Shown here in pieces: positions 20,970 to 31,404 of a DNA stretch of 64,000 nucleotides. The position numbers were made by a program, and so were the translations under genes. The notes under the pieces are model-generated. The model was not told the origin of the DNA. It ran no database searches and saw only the letters and a program-made list of their open reading frames with translations. Source of the DNA: Desulfatiglandales bacterium (GTDB lineage Bacteria > Desulfobacterota > DSM-4660 > Desulfatiglandales > Desulfatiglandaceae); contig OY759599.1 in NCBI GenBank assembly GCA_963662465.1, positions 5,152,001 to 5,216,000 on the forward strand. Reading direction: 5' to 3'. How positions within the stretch are numbered: position 1 is the first letter of the stretch; every line of letters begins with the position of its first letter.

Positions 20970-21515
20970 CTACAATACCCAAAAAGTATATCCGTCCGGA
21001 GAAACAATCCAATTCCCCCCCATTAACGTGACGACCTGGAGCCTGTACATGCCAGCAGGCAGACCTCCGTTCAGCTTAGCTGCGAAACGGTTCGATCCGG
21101 TACTGGTTAGATTGAATTGAACGGGATAAGTTATGATAACCGAGCCTCCAGCCGGTAATGTAAGAAAAAAATAAACGTTTACAACACCCGTATTCCCGCA
21201 GTAGGCCTCGCTTACAAGGTATATATCTTCGCCTTCGGACAAAATGTTGATTGCCCTCTTCGATTCATAACCGGCAGCACTGGTAGCATAGTTCGTGAAG
21301 TTGAAATTTACGCCTCCAGAATCTAGCGATGTCGCCTGCTGCAACTTGGTTTTGATGGCGCCGGGATCAGTTTCAAAAACTTTGACTTCACAATTCTGGA
21401 ATTGGTCCGGTTCTGCAAAGGAAGCGCCGCAAAAACACAAGACCAGAGCAAGTGACAACACTACAGCATGGACTTTTTTCGTACCGAATCTCTCCGGCTT
21501 TTCAAACATGCTCAT
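20970..21515 (-). CDS. Hypothetical secreted beta-rich protein
   Basis: SD AGGAGG, signal peptide ending ASFA, Ig-like C-terminus (LPAGMYRLQVV). Confidence 0.65.
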   Translation of the reverse strand: MSMFEKPERFGTKKVHAVVLSLALVLCFCGASFAEPDQFQNCEVKVFETDPGAIKTKLQQATSLDSGGVNFNFTNYATSAAGYESKRAINILSEGEDIYLVSEAYCGNTGVVNVYFFLTLPAGGSVIITYPVQFNLTSTGSNRFAAKLNGGLPAGMYRLQVVTLMGGNWIVSPDGYTFWVL

Positions 21516-21831
21516 TTTCCCCCTCCTTGAAATTATGAAAAGAATAGAAACAATAAAGAGGCATCCTTCTTCATAAAAGCAAAAACATAGGCTACATTTT
21601 TCAGTAGGTGCGAATTTATCTGCACATAGGTTTGCACTGTGCGGCTGAAGCGGCACCTACATGTTGTGCAGTCAATAGAAAAACTGCAAATCTAAACCCA
21701 GAAACGAAGGATGCTCAAAAAGAGACTATTTTGTATTAGTAAAAGTTACAGAAGTCAAGGATTTTCGATATTGACCAGGTCTAATAGTTTTGAAATGCCA
21801 TAGGCCCGGGATATTTTCATGATCTCTTGAT

Positions 21832-24800
21832 TCAGTGGAGCAGTTGATCCGGCCTCGGCGGTAAACCTTCACCACTGTCAATGACAAAACTGCCGGCCTG
21901 TTCGGGATCCCGGGTTTCACACCGTTCGGGGAGGAGTTCATCCGCGCTTAGAAAAGATTCCCGCAAGGGAACCATGGCGTTTACGATATCCTGAACGGGC
22001 GAGTTTACAATAATCTTCCCATCCTGGCCTTCTCTATTGGAAGAAGCCGTTATATAGCTGTCTTCCGAGCGGAAGACAGCGTCGGCATCAATGGTTATAT
22101 TCCCGCCGAAACCCCAGTCGGCATTGGCCGTGATATTGCTTTTTTCCAGGAGAACAAGTGTAGCGGCATCAATCGTCACATCGCCGCCGCCCCCGCCACC
22201 GAATGCCACGCTGGCATTGATAGCGCCGCCATGGGTCAACTGGATATCCTTACCCGAAATGTTGATGTTGCCGCCGGCGGCCCTGTCGGCCCTGGTCGCG
22301 ATGGCAGCATTGTTGATGCTCAACAAACCGGTGGATACGATATCAATGCTGCCGGCATTGCCTGATCCTGTGCTTTCGGCCTTTATGACGGCGTCTCCTG
22401 CAAGGTAAATATCCACTGCATTCAGTTGAATTGGGCCTCCCTGGCCGGAGCCTTCGGTGGAGGTACTGATTTGACTTTTGTTGCCTGAGAGCTTTATTTC
22501 TGAAGCCGCAACCGAAATAAAGCCTGCATCTCCTTTACCCTTTCCAATGGAAAAAATGCCGCTGAAACCAGCAGCCCCTTCTTCATGGGATATGGAAACA
22601 GATTCATCAGCGGTGATGGATATGTTTCCACCCTTACCCTCTACCAGCCCGGAACTGTTGATCGTTCCCCCATTTCTGATTTCCAGACGCCCAACCTTTA
22701 TGCCGATATTGCCGCCGGAATTTTGTCCCGAACTTTCGCTTTCGACGGTACCATGATTTTCAACGATCAAAGCACCAGCGGAAAGCGCTATATCACCCCC
22801 TTTTCCTTCTCCCGATGTGTTTGAAAATACACCACTCCGAGAAAAAAGGCCCTCCCCCCTAATATACACTCTATCTGTTGCAGAGATGCTGATGTTCCCG
22901 CCCCGGCCTGAACCCGAGGTACCGGCTGTAATTCGGCCTTCACCCGTTAACGATACGGTCCCGGCATTTACGGTAACATTTGCGCCGTCGCCTGAGCCTT
23001 TGGTCAAAACGCTAATTGCAGCACCATCGCTGATGCTCAACGATGGCGTGGAAATGCCGACTTGGCCTGCATCGCCATCACTGAAAGCGTTTGCGTAAAT
23101 GCCGCTCGTATATCCGCCTTGATTCCCCGATATGGATATGGATTCAGTTGCCGCTATGGTTAAATCCCCCCCCTTCCGCTGCCCGTAGTAGAACAATTGA
23201 TATCCCCGCCGGCCGAGATATCGAGCCGGGCCGTTTGAAGAACAACATCCGCGCCGATTCCAGCGCCACTGCTGACGCCCCTGATGGTTGCCTGGTTGGT
23301 GATAACAATCTCCCCACTTGAAATCGCCAGGATTCCCGCTTTCCCTTCGCCTTCATTGGACACATCAATGGCGCTGACAAAACCATTTTTAGTCCCGGAA
23401 ACAAGGATTGATTCAGTTGCCGCTATGGTAAGATTACCGCCTTTCCCTGCACCTTTGGTCTTGGTGGAGATGCATCCACCATCCGTGATTCGAAGCCTGT
23501 CGGCATGAATATCGACCTGGCCGCCGTCTCCGGACGATGCGGCAATTCCGCTGATGGCCCCACCGTCGGTTACAGTCAGTTCGGGTGCGTGTATTTCGAT
23601 ATGCCCCCCGTCGCCACTATCCAGGGACTCCGCGGTAACGGCACTGGTGAGATTTCCCTTTTTTCCGGAAATAGATATGGATTCTCGTGCATTTATGATA
23701 ATAGTTCCCCCGCTTCCCGACCCACCCATATTTCCTCCCCTGATGCCGCCGCCCCCACTGATTTCAAGGCTTCCCACGTTGATGTTCATGTCGGCTCCAC
23801 GGCCTTCATGAACGCCATCCGAAAATCCAAAAATCTGACCACCATCGGTGATATGCATTTCGGGTGTATTGATTTCCAGATGTCCTGCATCTCCGGTACT
23901 ATCAAAAGAGACAAGCGAAAAACCGCTGGTGTAGTCGCCGTTTATTCCCGAAATGGTAACGGATTCTCGGGCATTGACCCGCACATCTCCACCGTCCCCT
24001 TGAAATTCGGTGTTGGCGTCAATTAAGCCCCCGTCAAGAAGGTACAGGTTCTTCACATCGATGTGGATATCTGCACCCTTTTCCGCATTTTCAACTTTCG
24101 TTGTGATGACGCCCCTGTTTTGAAGGGTCAAATCGTCAGTAAGCACAATATCAACCGTTCCACCCCTGCCACTCAGTTGGGTTTTAGCGCTGATAGTAGC
24201 ATTGTCGATAACAAACCGCCCCCCCCGGATGAAAACGGAGCTGTTCCCAGGTCCGTCCGTGTTCAATTGGGCGTTTTCCGTCATCGTCAGAGTTCCCAAT
24301 TCATCAAAGGAATGGACGTCATCAACCCGGCCCTGGTCGTCGAACCCGGCCTCGCCTTTGGACGCCACCGATGTCAAATTGATAAGGCCACCTTTGGAAA
24401 CCAGACTCCCACCGGCCACCGTCACATCCCCTCCCACAATAGATAAGGTCTCCCCATCGGGAACCTTGAGATAGCTTCCTTCCACAGTAATCGGCGCCGC
24501 CGTATCATCCAGGAAGCCAAACGCGGACGGGGGATCCACCGTCAAAACGCTCTGCTCGGGATGGAAGGCGTCAAACCGTCCTGTTTCCCCCAGAAGGAGG
24601 CAATCAGCAGTACTCGCATGAAACGAACCATTCACGTCCAGAGTGGCGTTGGGGCCGAACATCATGCCCCACGGGTTGATCAGAAACAGGTTGGCCCCCG
24701 GAATCGTGCAACTGAGCCTCCCATCAATCAGGGAAGAGGCGCCCCCGGTGATACGACCGATGACATTCTGTATCCCGCCGGGTCCGGTAAAGGTCCCGCT

Positions 24801-25028
24801 TTCGCCGGTATTGATGTTAAAGGTCTCGAAGCTGTGAAAGAGGTTGGCCCCCGCCTGGGACCCCATTTTGTCGGTGATCACATAGTTGGGCCCGGACACG
24901 GCCCCTTTCTGACCGACGGTCCCATCCAGCACCACCTCGGCATGGGCAAGGGCAACCAGGCATACCAGTAAAGAAGAAGCTGTTCCGGTCCACCGAATGA
25001 CTTTTTGAAAACGATTAAACACTTTCAT
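21832..25028 (-). pseudogene. Filamentous-haemagglutinin-family TpsA exoprotein split by a frameshift in a G8 tract
   Basis: TPS domain NLFHSF...LFLINPWG...LDVNGSFHASTAD, GxGGNIxIxA beta-helix repeats, C-terminal C...GSFVIDSGEGLP; frame break at 23166-23173. Confidence 0.9.
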
Positions 25029-25087
25029 AAGATCCCCCTTTTTCCATATCCATATGCCAAAGAAAGAAAACCTTGGCACAAAAACTC

Positions 25088-25115
25088 AACCCTGCACCCT
25101 GCACCCTGAACCCTG
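25088..25115. repeat. Heptamer tandem repeat ((A/C)ACCCTG)4
   Basis: AACCCTG CACCCTG CACCCTG AACCCTG between tpsB and tpsA. Confidence 0.75.
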
Positions 25116-25127
25116 CCCCCTTCTCTC

Positions 25128-25930
25128 TCAAAACAACTCCCCCACAATCAAAAACTGAAACCCCTTATCCTGCAAGTCTTCATCCGCATCATCGAAGCTC
25201 ACAAACGGAATGGCCCCATAGGTCATCAGCCGGATTTTGTCCGTAATGTCCCAGCACAGCGCCAGTCCCAAACTATAGATTTGTCTTTGCCCGAAGGTGG
25301 GCGTGGATGTGTTCCAGGAGACGCCGTATTGAAGGCCCAGCATGGTATCGCGGGCCATAATCGGGATGCTGTAGGCGGCATTCCAGTCTGCCAGACTGTT
25401 GGTGGTCACACCGATGTCGGCGACCAGGATGTTGCTGTTTCCGGTGAGGTTGTCGTGGATAAAATGCATGCCGCCTCGTACGCTACCAATGGCCGGAGAG
25501 ACAACATTACCCACCTCGGCGCCGATGGTGTAGGGCAAATTTTCCTCCACCTGGACCCTCAGAACGCTTTCGTCCTTTTCCACGCCGGGACTCAGCTTTG
25601 CGTTAATGCGCTCGATGCGAGGGTCTTGCTGCAACACAAGCAGGGATTCCCTCAGATCAAAGATATTGAGGGGAAGACCAGAACCCAGCTTCAGACGCTT
25701 TTCCAGGTAACTGTTGCGGAAGTATTCATTTCCGGAAATTTCAATTTTCGAAAGGGACGCCTCAACAACGTGAAGGGCCAAAACCCCGTCGGTTATCTTC
25801 TGATCCGGGATGATGACCCCCAAATTGACATATCCCTTGTCCACATAGTATTGCGTTAGCTTGCGTCTGAGATCCTGCAGTTCCTCGGAGGTGATTTCCC
25901 GGTTTTCAGAAGGCGCCAAAATCTCCGATA
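25128..25930 (-). pseudogene. ShlB/FhaC/HecB TpsB transporter, 5'-truncated and internally deleted
   Basis: POTRA (LTQYYVDKGYV...IPDQ), LSPG, DNLTG, C-terminal LQDKGFQF; only about 270 aa, no signal peptide, most of the barrel missing. Confidence 0.85.
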
Positions 25931-26198
25931 ATTCCACTTTTAAGCAGAAAGTAAGTTGTTTCATTTAGCATGCCGGAACTGGGAAATCAACGGAATTTCA
26001 GAGTTCCTGGTAAATGACCTTTACACAACCTAACTGTTTGAAATCGTTATACGGGATCTTCTCATAATTTCATGTGCATTTCAGATTTTAATGCAGCATA
26101 ACTAGCTGAAGACATTAGATTGGTGAAAATATTTTTTTTATTGACAAATGAAAACTGAAAAATTATCTTCAGACCATGATTGTCAAAACAGAAAAAAT

Positions 26199-26313
26199 GG
26201 CTCATCGCGGATTAATGGGAAGAATCGATATTTCGAACCAAAGATGTTAGATGTCAAAAAGCTCTGCTTGTTCCCACGCTCCGCATGGGAATGCGCTTTG
26301 GACGCTCTGCGTC
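26199..26313 (+). repeat. Partial copy of the MITE/REP element at 28134
   Basis: GGCTCATCGCGGATTAA end, then GTTCCCACGCTCCGCATGGGAAT and GGACGCTCTGCGTC. Confidence 0.7.
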
Positions 26314-26345
26314 GACTGGGATAAAGCAATGAAAAGCTAATACAA

Positions 26346-27057
26346 GAATCTATCCGAAAAATAATTTTCGGTTAACTTCCTTTTCAAAATCAATGAATTA
26401 TATTGATTCAAAGGAGGAACTTAACCATGCAGAAAAGATTCGAAGGACTCGCTCAGGCTCAGTATGAAATTTTTGAACCCTTTCTTCCGTATAATCGCTA
26501 TTGCCGAATCAGCCGGATTGATCAATTGGGAACGTGCTTCTATAGACGGCTCCTTTGTTGCGGGTAAGGGGGCGGTGAAGAGGTACAATATGGCTACAAA
26601 GGCAAGGGAGTTACTCTCCACTGTCTTGATGATACCCCGTCGCTCGTGGCCGGACAGAAAAACACCCAGAGGAAGACCGCCCAACGAACCGATTGATAGG
26701 TGGAAAGTGGAGCGTACCTTTGCATGGTTGCAAAAGAAGTATCGTCGCCTGGTCGTACGTTGGGAGCGAAAAAATCGATATTGGCTCGGTTTTGTTCTCC
26801 TTGCTTTATGTATGATGTGGATAGAAAAAATTTTGCAATGAAGTCAGTTGTATCGACCTCGCTATTTCAGGGCCTAAAAGTGGATATTTAACCATCAAAT
26901 ACAGCGGTTTATATCATTCTATATGCAAAAACTGAGACTGTTTAATCCTGTTTCAAGACATGGTCTTCTTACCTGAAACAATTGTATCCCTATACAACTT
27001 TGGAACTGAAAATTTTTAGCGTAACGAAGTTCGATGTATGATTTTTCGGATAGATTC
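26346..27057 (+). mobile_element. Internally deleted IS5-family element with intact TIRs
   Basis: Perfect 17-bp TIRs GAATCTATCCGAAAAAT (26346-26362 and 27041-27057); remnant transposase ASIDGSF...RWKVERTFAWLQKKYRRLVVRWER. Confidence 0.85.
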
Positions 27058-27064
27058 AAGGCTT

Positions 27065-27352
27065 TTACTGGATACGAACAACTTCAGGCTTGTTCCGTTT
27101 TCTGAATGGGTTGAGAGGAGGACGCTTTCTTGCGGGAAGCTGAATATGCCCCTCTCTGTGAAGTTGCAACATGAACCCCCGGCACGCCATACCCTTCAAG
27201 GTCCCATTGGGTTGCACCCAGTCCCATGCTTTACAGAGTTTTTTCGATAGTGCAAACCGGCTGTCATTTGGGTTCTCAGCTATTAACCCCTTTATAAAGG
27301 AGATATCCTCGGTCTTGAAGCTCTTGCCTCTGTATTTGATTGCCAGGTCCAT
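27065..27352 (-). pseudogene. DUF4338 (DruA-like) protein N-terminus, truncated beside the IS5 end
   Basis: YRGK, SRFALSKKLCKAWDWVQPNG.LK.MACR...GHIQLP pattern. Confidence 0.7.
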
Positions 27353-27406
27353 AAGAAGAACATAATGCATCCTTCCCGAGAACGTAAGCGGTCAGTGGCA
27401 TTTTTT

Positions 27407-27760
27407 TCAACTACAATTGATTTTTTTCCATAACGGTGCCGCGCTATTCGGATTATTGTTCCATAGCAGCATCTGCAGTTCATGCGCCGCCAGTTGGTCC
27501 ATTTGGCCTTTTTCCCTTCCTGGCCACCAATGAAAGCGTCCCTCCGAAAGCCGTTTCTGGCACAACCAGAACCCTTGGCCGTCATATACCAGGATTTTTA
27601 TGGCAGATCCCCGTTTATTTCGGAATACGAAAACATACCCGGAAAACGGATCGCTTTTCAAAACACGACGGCATATTGCGGCCAGGCCATCAATGCCTTT
27701 ACGAAAATCCACAGGTTCAACTGCCAGAATGATCCGCATCTGCGGCGTTATTTGCATCAT
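27407..27760 (-). CDS. tnpB: IS66 accessory protein TnpB
   Basis: PVDFRKGIDGL, DPFSG, VFRNKR, IKILVYDGQGFWLCQKRLSEGRF. Confidence 0.95.
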   Translation of the reverse strand: MMQITPQMRIILAVEPVDFRKGIDGLAAICRRVLKSDPFSGYVFVFRNKRGSAIKILVYDGQGFWLCQKRLSEGRFHWWPGREKGQMDQLAAHELQMLLWNNNPNSAAPLWKKINCS

Positions 27761-28130
27761 GGCTGCTGGCTCCAGAATGTTTGGGTCAAGGATACAAGGT
27801 TGATATCCGTGTGGCCTTTCACATGGATTTTCATTTTGCCACCGGCTTTGTTTTCCAGCTCTAAACTGATTTCACCAAAAACCATTGGTGGCAATTCAAT
27901 AAAAGCCGCCCGATTGGGTTCTTCTGAAGACATCATGCGCTGGGCTTCTACACGATCCTTGAGGGCAGTGTAGTTCAGATGCAAATCCTTTGATATTTGC
28001 TATATAGCGTAGGACTCACTAAGGGATATGGCAACATCCCATAATTCTTCAGGGATGGGACCGCGCTTTTTCCGGGTTTTACGCCAATCAACAAACTGGC
28101 TTTGAGCTTTTTCGAGGCTGAGCTTCAGAT
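27757..28130 (-). pseudogene. IS66 accessory TnpA-like gene, 5'-truncated with an internal stop
   Basis: QFVDWRKTRKKRGPIPEELWDVA...*...LHLNYTALK...FIEL; stop overlaps the tnpB start. Confidence 0.75.
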
Positions 28131-28133
28131 TTG

Positions 28134-28381
28134 CGGTTCATTGCGGATTAACGTGAAAAAGAGAATTTTGTTGTTCCCTCGGGCTGGTTCCCATGCTCTG
28201 CGTGGGAACCTACCTTGGACGCTCCCGCGTCCGACAATTCGTCTTTTGAACCGCTACATGCCCATTTCTTAGGGGTCCAAACCGGGACGCAGAGCGTCCG
28301 AAAACCGTTCCCACGCAGAGCATGGGAACGAGTGCGAAAGCGAAGTCAGTAGCGATTTTCACGTTAATCCGCGATGAACCG
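28134..28381. mobile_element. MITE-like element (26-bp TIRs) enclosing a REP-like doublet
   Basis: CGGTTCAT(T/C)GCGGATTAACGTGAAAA at 28134-28159 and inverted at 28356-28381; inner perfect 23-bp IR at 28187-28209 and 28307-28329. Confidence 0.85.
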
Positions 28382-28446
28382 AATTGTTTAGGTGGCAGTT
28401 TGTCTGAAAATTTCAGAGCTTTTTTGGTCAGATCAAGCCTAAACAT
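28382..28446 (-). pseudogene. RelE/ParE-like toxin N-terminus cut by the MITE
   Basis: MFRLDLTKKALKFSDKLPPKQF; start overlaps the antitoxin stop. Confidence 0.7.
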
Positions 28447-28681
28447 TTTCTCTGCTCATAAAAGCCATGGTTTCTTTCGATCCAACATATCCACCCTTCT
28501 CAGCTCTTGCCGCCTTTTCAGCCCAATAAGCATTTTCAATTCGGGTGAGACGCTCATATTCCTAAAAGACGATCAGAACAATGGATTTACGACCCGTTTT
28601 CTCAACAATAACAGCTTCCTTTCTGGCAATATCGGAGAATTTTCCAAACTTGTTTTTTACTTCCGTGGCGGTTGCTTCCAT
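28439..28681 (-). pseudogene. Phd/YefM antitoxin with a nonsense codon
   Basis: MEATATEVKNKFGKF...VIVEKTGRKSIVLIVF*EYERL...AYW; TAG at 28562-28564. Confidence 0.85.
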
Positions 28682-29032
28682 ATCAGGTTCCTTGAATTTT
28701 TAGCTATTTTTGTTTTTTTAGCTGAAACAGTCAATACCTTTAGAAATCCGGGACGTGGGGACACCATAATAGACCGCTGTAACCACATCCCTGTTGGAAC
28801 ACAGCACACACCCGGGCAGAAAAGAGAAACTGTGGCAGGGTTATGGTATGCTATGATGCAATATTTTCGCGGAAAGTCCGGGTTAGCAGCAGCAAAGGTG
28901 TATCTTCATCGGATTCTGTGGATTAGAAGCACGCTGCCAACCAGGCTTCGTGCATGGTGAAAAGCCCGATTTCCGCGAAGTGAGCATTCGGCCAGCGGCG
29001 GGTAGGCTTTTAGTTTGTTACAAAGATGCTGA

Positions 29033-29701
29033 TTAGCCTGAAGTATCATATTTGCGGTGTCTTGGGATCTCGCCTTCAATCATATAGATCACTTCCTCAG
29101 CGATGTTGGTGGCATGATCGGCAATCCGTTCAAGGTGACGGGCAATCAGCAAAAGATTGAGCAGGGTTGCAACCCGATCAGGCTGCTTCTTAATCGCCTC
29201 CTTCACTTCATCATAAATCATGTGGTTCATGCGATCCACGTCGTCGTCGTCAAGGCACACCTTGTAAGCCAGATCCACATCCTGGTTTACCAGGGCGTCA
29301 AGACTGTCTTTGAGCATGGCCTCAGTTTTTTCCGCCATGGTGGAAAACTCGAATGGCGCCGAAAGGGGCAGGCGTTTGGCTATGTTTTCCACCCGTTCGG
29401 CGATGTTGACCGCCTCATCACCCACCCGCTCCAGGTCGTTGTTGATCTTGATAACAATATTGATAAACCGCAAATCCACGGCAACGGGCTGGTGAAGGGC
29501 AATGATTTTGAGGCATTCCTCTTCCACTTCCACTTCGGCCGCATCGATTTCCCCGTCGGATTCGATAATTTGTCGTGCTAGCGCGCCATCCCTTGTCTCA
29601 AATGCTCTGATGCTCATTCGCACACGCTCCTCGGCCATGGCGCCCAGGGAGAGTATCCGTTTTTTCAAATTCTCCAGTTCTTTTTGTAAATGCCTTTTCA
29701 T
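29033..29701 (-). CDS. phoU: Phosphate signalling protein PhoU
   Basis: HQPVAVDLR, DLERVGD, HLERIADHATNIAE. Confidence 0.97.
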   Translation of the reverse strand: MKRHLQKELENLKKRILSLGAMAEERVRMSIRAFETRDGALARQIIESDGEIDAAEVEVEEECLKIIALHQPVAVDLRFINIVIKINNDLERVGDEAVNIAERVENIAKRLPLSAPFEFSTMAEKTEAMLKDSLDALVNQDVDLAYKVCLDDDDVDRMNHMIYDEVKEAIKKQPDRVATLLNLLLIARHLERIADHATNIAEEVIYMIEGEIPRHRKYDTSG

Positions 29702-29731
29702 GAAAATTTCCTCATTGTTTGCCTCGCGAAT

Positions 29732-30493
29732 TTAACCAAATCGGCCGGTAATGTAATCGGATGTCTGCTTCAATTTCGGTCGGGTAAAGAGGGCCTCGGT
29801 CAGGCCCTCTTCAATGAGCTTTCCGAGATAAAAGAAGGCGGTCACATCCGATACCCTTGCGGCCTGCTGCATGTTGTGGGTAACGATAATAATGGTGTAG
29901 GTCTCTTTCAACACATGGATCAATTCCTCGATCTTCTGGGTAGCGATGGGATCCAGGGCCGATGCCGGCTCATCCATGAGCAGCACCTCCGGTTCCACCG
30001 CCAGGGCCCGGGCAATGCAGAGCCGTTGCTGCTGCCCACCGGAAAGGCCCAGGGCTGAATTGTTAAGCCGATCCTTGACCTCATCCCACAGGGCCGCGTG
30101 CTTCAGGCTGGTCTCTACCCTGTTGGCCAGAAGATCCTTATTTTTAAGACCGTTCACGCGCAGGCCGTAGGCCACATTTTCATAAATGGTTTTGGGAAAG
30201 GGATTCGGTTTTTGAAAAACCATGCCCACATGGCGACGGAGCGATACCACGTCAACGCTCGGATCATAGATGTCATCACCATCAAGGAGAACCTTGCCCT
30301 CGGCTCTGCTGTAGGGAATTAAATCGTTCATTCGGTTGAGGCAACGCAACAGGGTACTTTTTCCGCACCCGGAGGGACCGATGAGGGCCGTCACCTGGTT
30401 TTGGTGGAAGTCGAGTGCAATTCCGTAAAGCGCCTGAACATCACCGTAATAAAAATTGAGCGCTTTTACCGACATCTTGGGTGAATTTTCCAT
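29732..30493 (-). CDS. pstB: Phosphate ABC transporter ATPase
   Basis: [32 protein letters not shown]. Confidence 0.98.
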   Translation of the reverse strand: MENSPKMSVKALNFYYGDVQALYGIALDFHQNQVTALIGPSGCGKSTLLRCLNRMNDLIPYSRAEGKVLLDGDDIYDPSVDVVSLRRHVGMVFQKPNPFPKTIYENVAYGLRVNGLKNKDLLANRVETSLKHAALWDEVKDRLNNSALGLSGGQQQRLCIARALAVEPEVLLMDEPASALDPIATQKIEELIHVLKETYTIIIVTHNMQQAARVSDVTAFFYLGKLIEEGLTEALFTRPKLKQTSDYITGRFG

Positions 30494-30514
30494 AAAGTTC
30501 CTAATTCCAGTCCA

Positions 30515-31393
30515 TCATCGCTTTTTCCTGAGCCGGGACCGGTAAATAATGGCCACAAGATTTAAACCGAGTACAAGAAAAATCAGCACCAGGGCGGTTC
30601 CATATTGAAGCGGACGTGTGGCCTCGATGTCGGTGCCCGCCGTAGCCAGTACATAGACGTGGTACGGAAGCGCCATGACTTCATCAAAGATGGACGTGGG
30701 GAGTGACGGGGTGTAGAACACCGCGGCCGTGAACATGATGGGCGCTGTTTCTCCGGCCGCCCTGCTGATCCCCAGGATCGTCCCGGTGAGAATCCCGGGA
30801 AGCGCCGCCGGCAAAACCACCCGGTATATGGTCTGCCATTTGGTGGCCCCAAGTCCCAGGGATGCCTCCCGGTAGGTGTTCGGCACGGCTCTCAAGGCCT
30901 CTTCCGTGGACCCGATAATGACCGGCAGGGTCAGGGCGCCCAGGGTCAAGGACCCGGCAAGAATGCTCACGCCCATATGTAAATATACCACAAAAAAGGC
31001 CAGCCCGAAAAGCCCGAAAACCACTGACGGAACCCCGGCAAGGTTATTGATGCCCAGCCGGATGAGACGAACAAGTCTTCCAGGGCGCGCATATTCGTTG
31101 AGATAAATGGCGGACGATACGCCGATGGGTAAGGCTACGGCAATGGCGCCAAGACTTAGGCAGAGGGTCCCAACAATGCAGGGAAGGATTCCTCCCTTGG
31201 TCATGGAATCCACTGGGGGTTGACTGAGAAAAGTCCAGTTGATGGCTCGCCATCCTCTTGCCACGAGGAAATAGACGACCACCAAGAGGGCGGCCCCATT
31301 GATGGCCGCGGAGATTCTGAAAAGGCCGAACATGGCGCCCTGAGTAAACTTTCGGCGGAATTTTACGCCTTCTTTATCATTGATTCGGTTCAT
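30515..31393 (-). CDS. pstA: Phosphate ABC transporter permease
   Basis: LAGVPSVVFGLFG, SRAAGETAP. Confidence 0.96.
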   Translation of the reverse strand: MNRINDKEGVKFRRKFTQGAMFGLFRISAAINGAALLVVVYFLVARGWRAINWTFLSQPPVDSMTKGGILPCIVGTLCLSLGAIAVALPIGVSSAIYLNEYARPGRLVRLIRLGINNLAGVPSVVFGLFGLAFFVVYLHMGVSILAGSLTLGALTLPVIIGSTEEALRAVPNTYREASLGLGATKWQTIYRVVLPAALPGILTGTILGISRAAGETAPIMFTAAVFYTPSLPTSIFDEVMALPYHVYVLATAGTDIEATRPLQYGTALVLIFLVLGLNLVAIIYRSRLRKKR

Positions 31394-31404
31394 TTATTTC
31401 CCAT

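Larger units (their letters stand above)
16720..29030. mobile_element. Decayed genomic island / IS graveyard between hisB and phoU
   Basis: About 12 kb made almost entirely of truncated transposase, integrase, R-M, TA and TPS genes; boundaries approximate. Confidence 0.8.

Noticed and set aside
27065..27370. Druantia defence system
   Set aside because: Only a DUF4338-like fragment within IS66 context; no DruE helicase or other partners.
27407..27760. tnpB as an RNA-guided IS605 TnpB nuclease
   Set aside because: 117-aa IS66 accessory protein; same name only, no RuvC motifs.
28210..28960. ORFs 28210-28446 (-) and 28322-28960 (+) as genes
   Set aside because: The first is a relE stub fused to MITE sequence; the second is antisense to the TA remnant.
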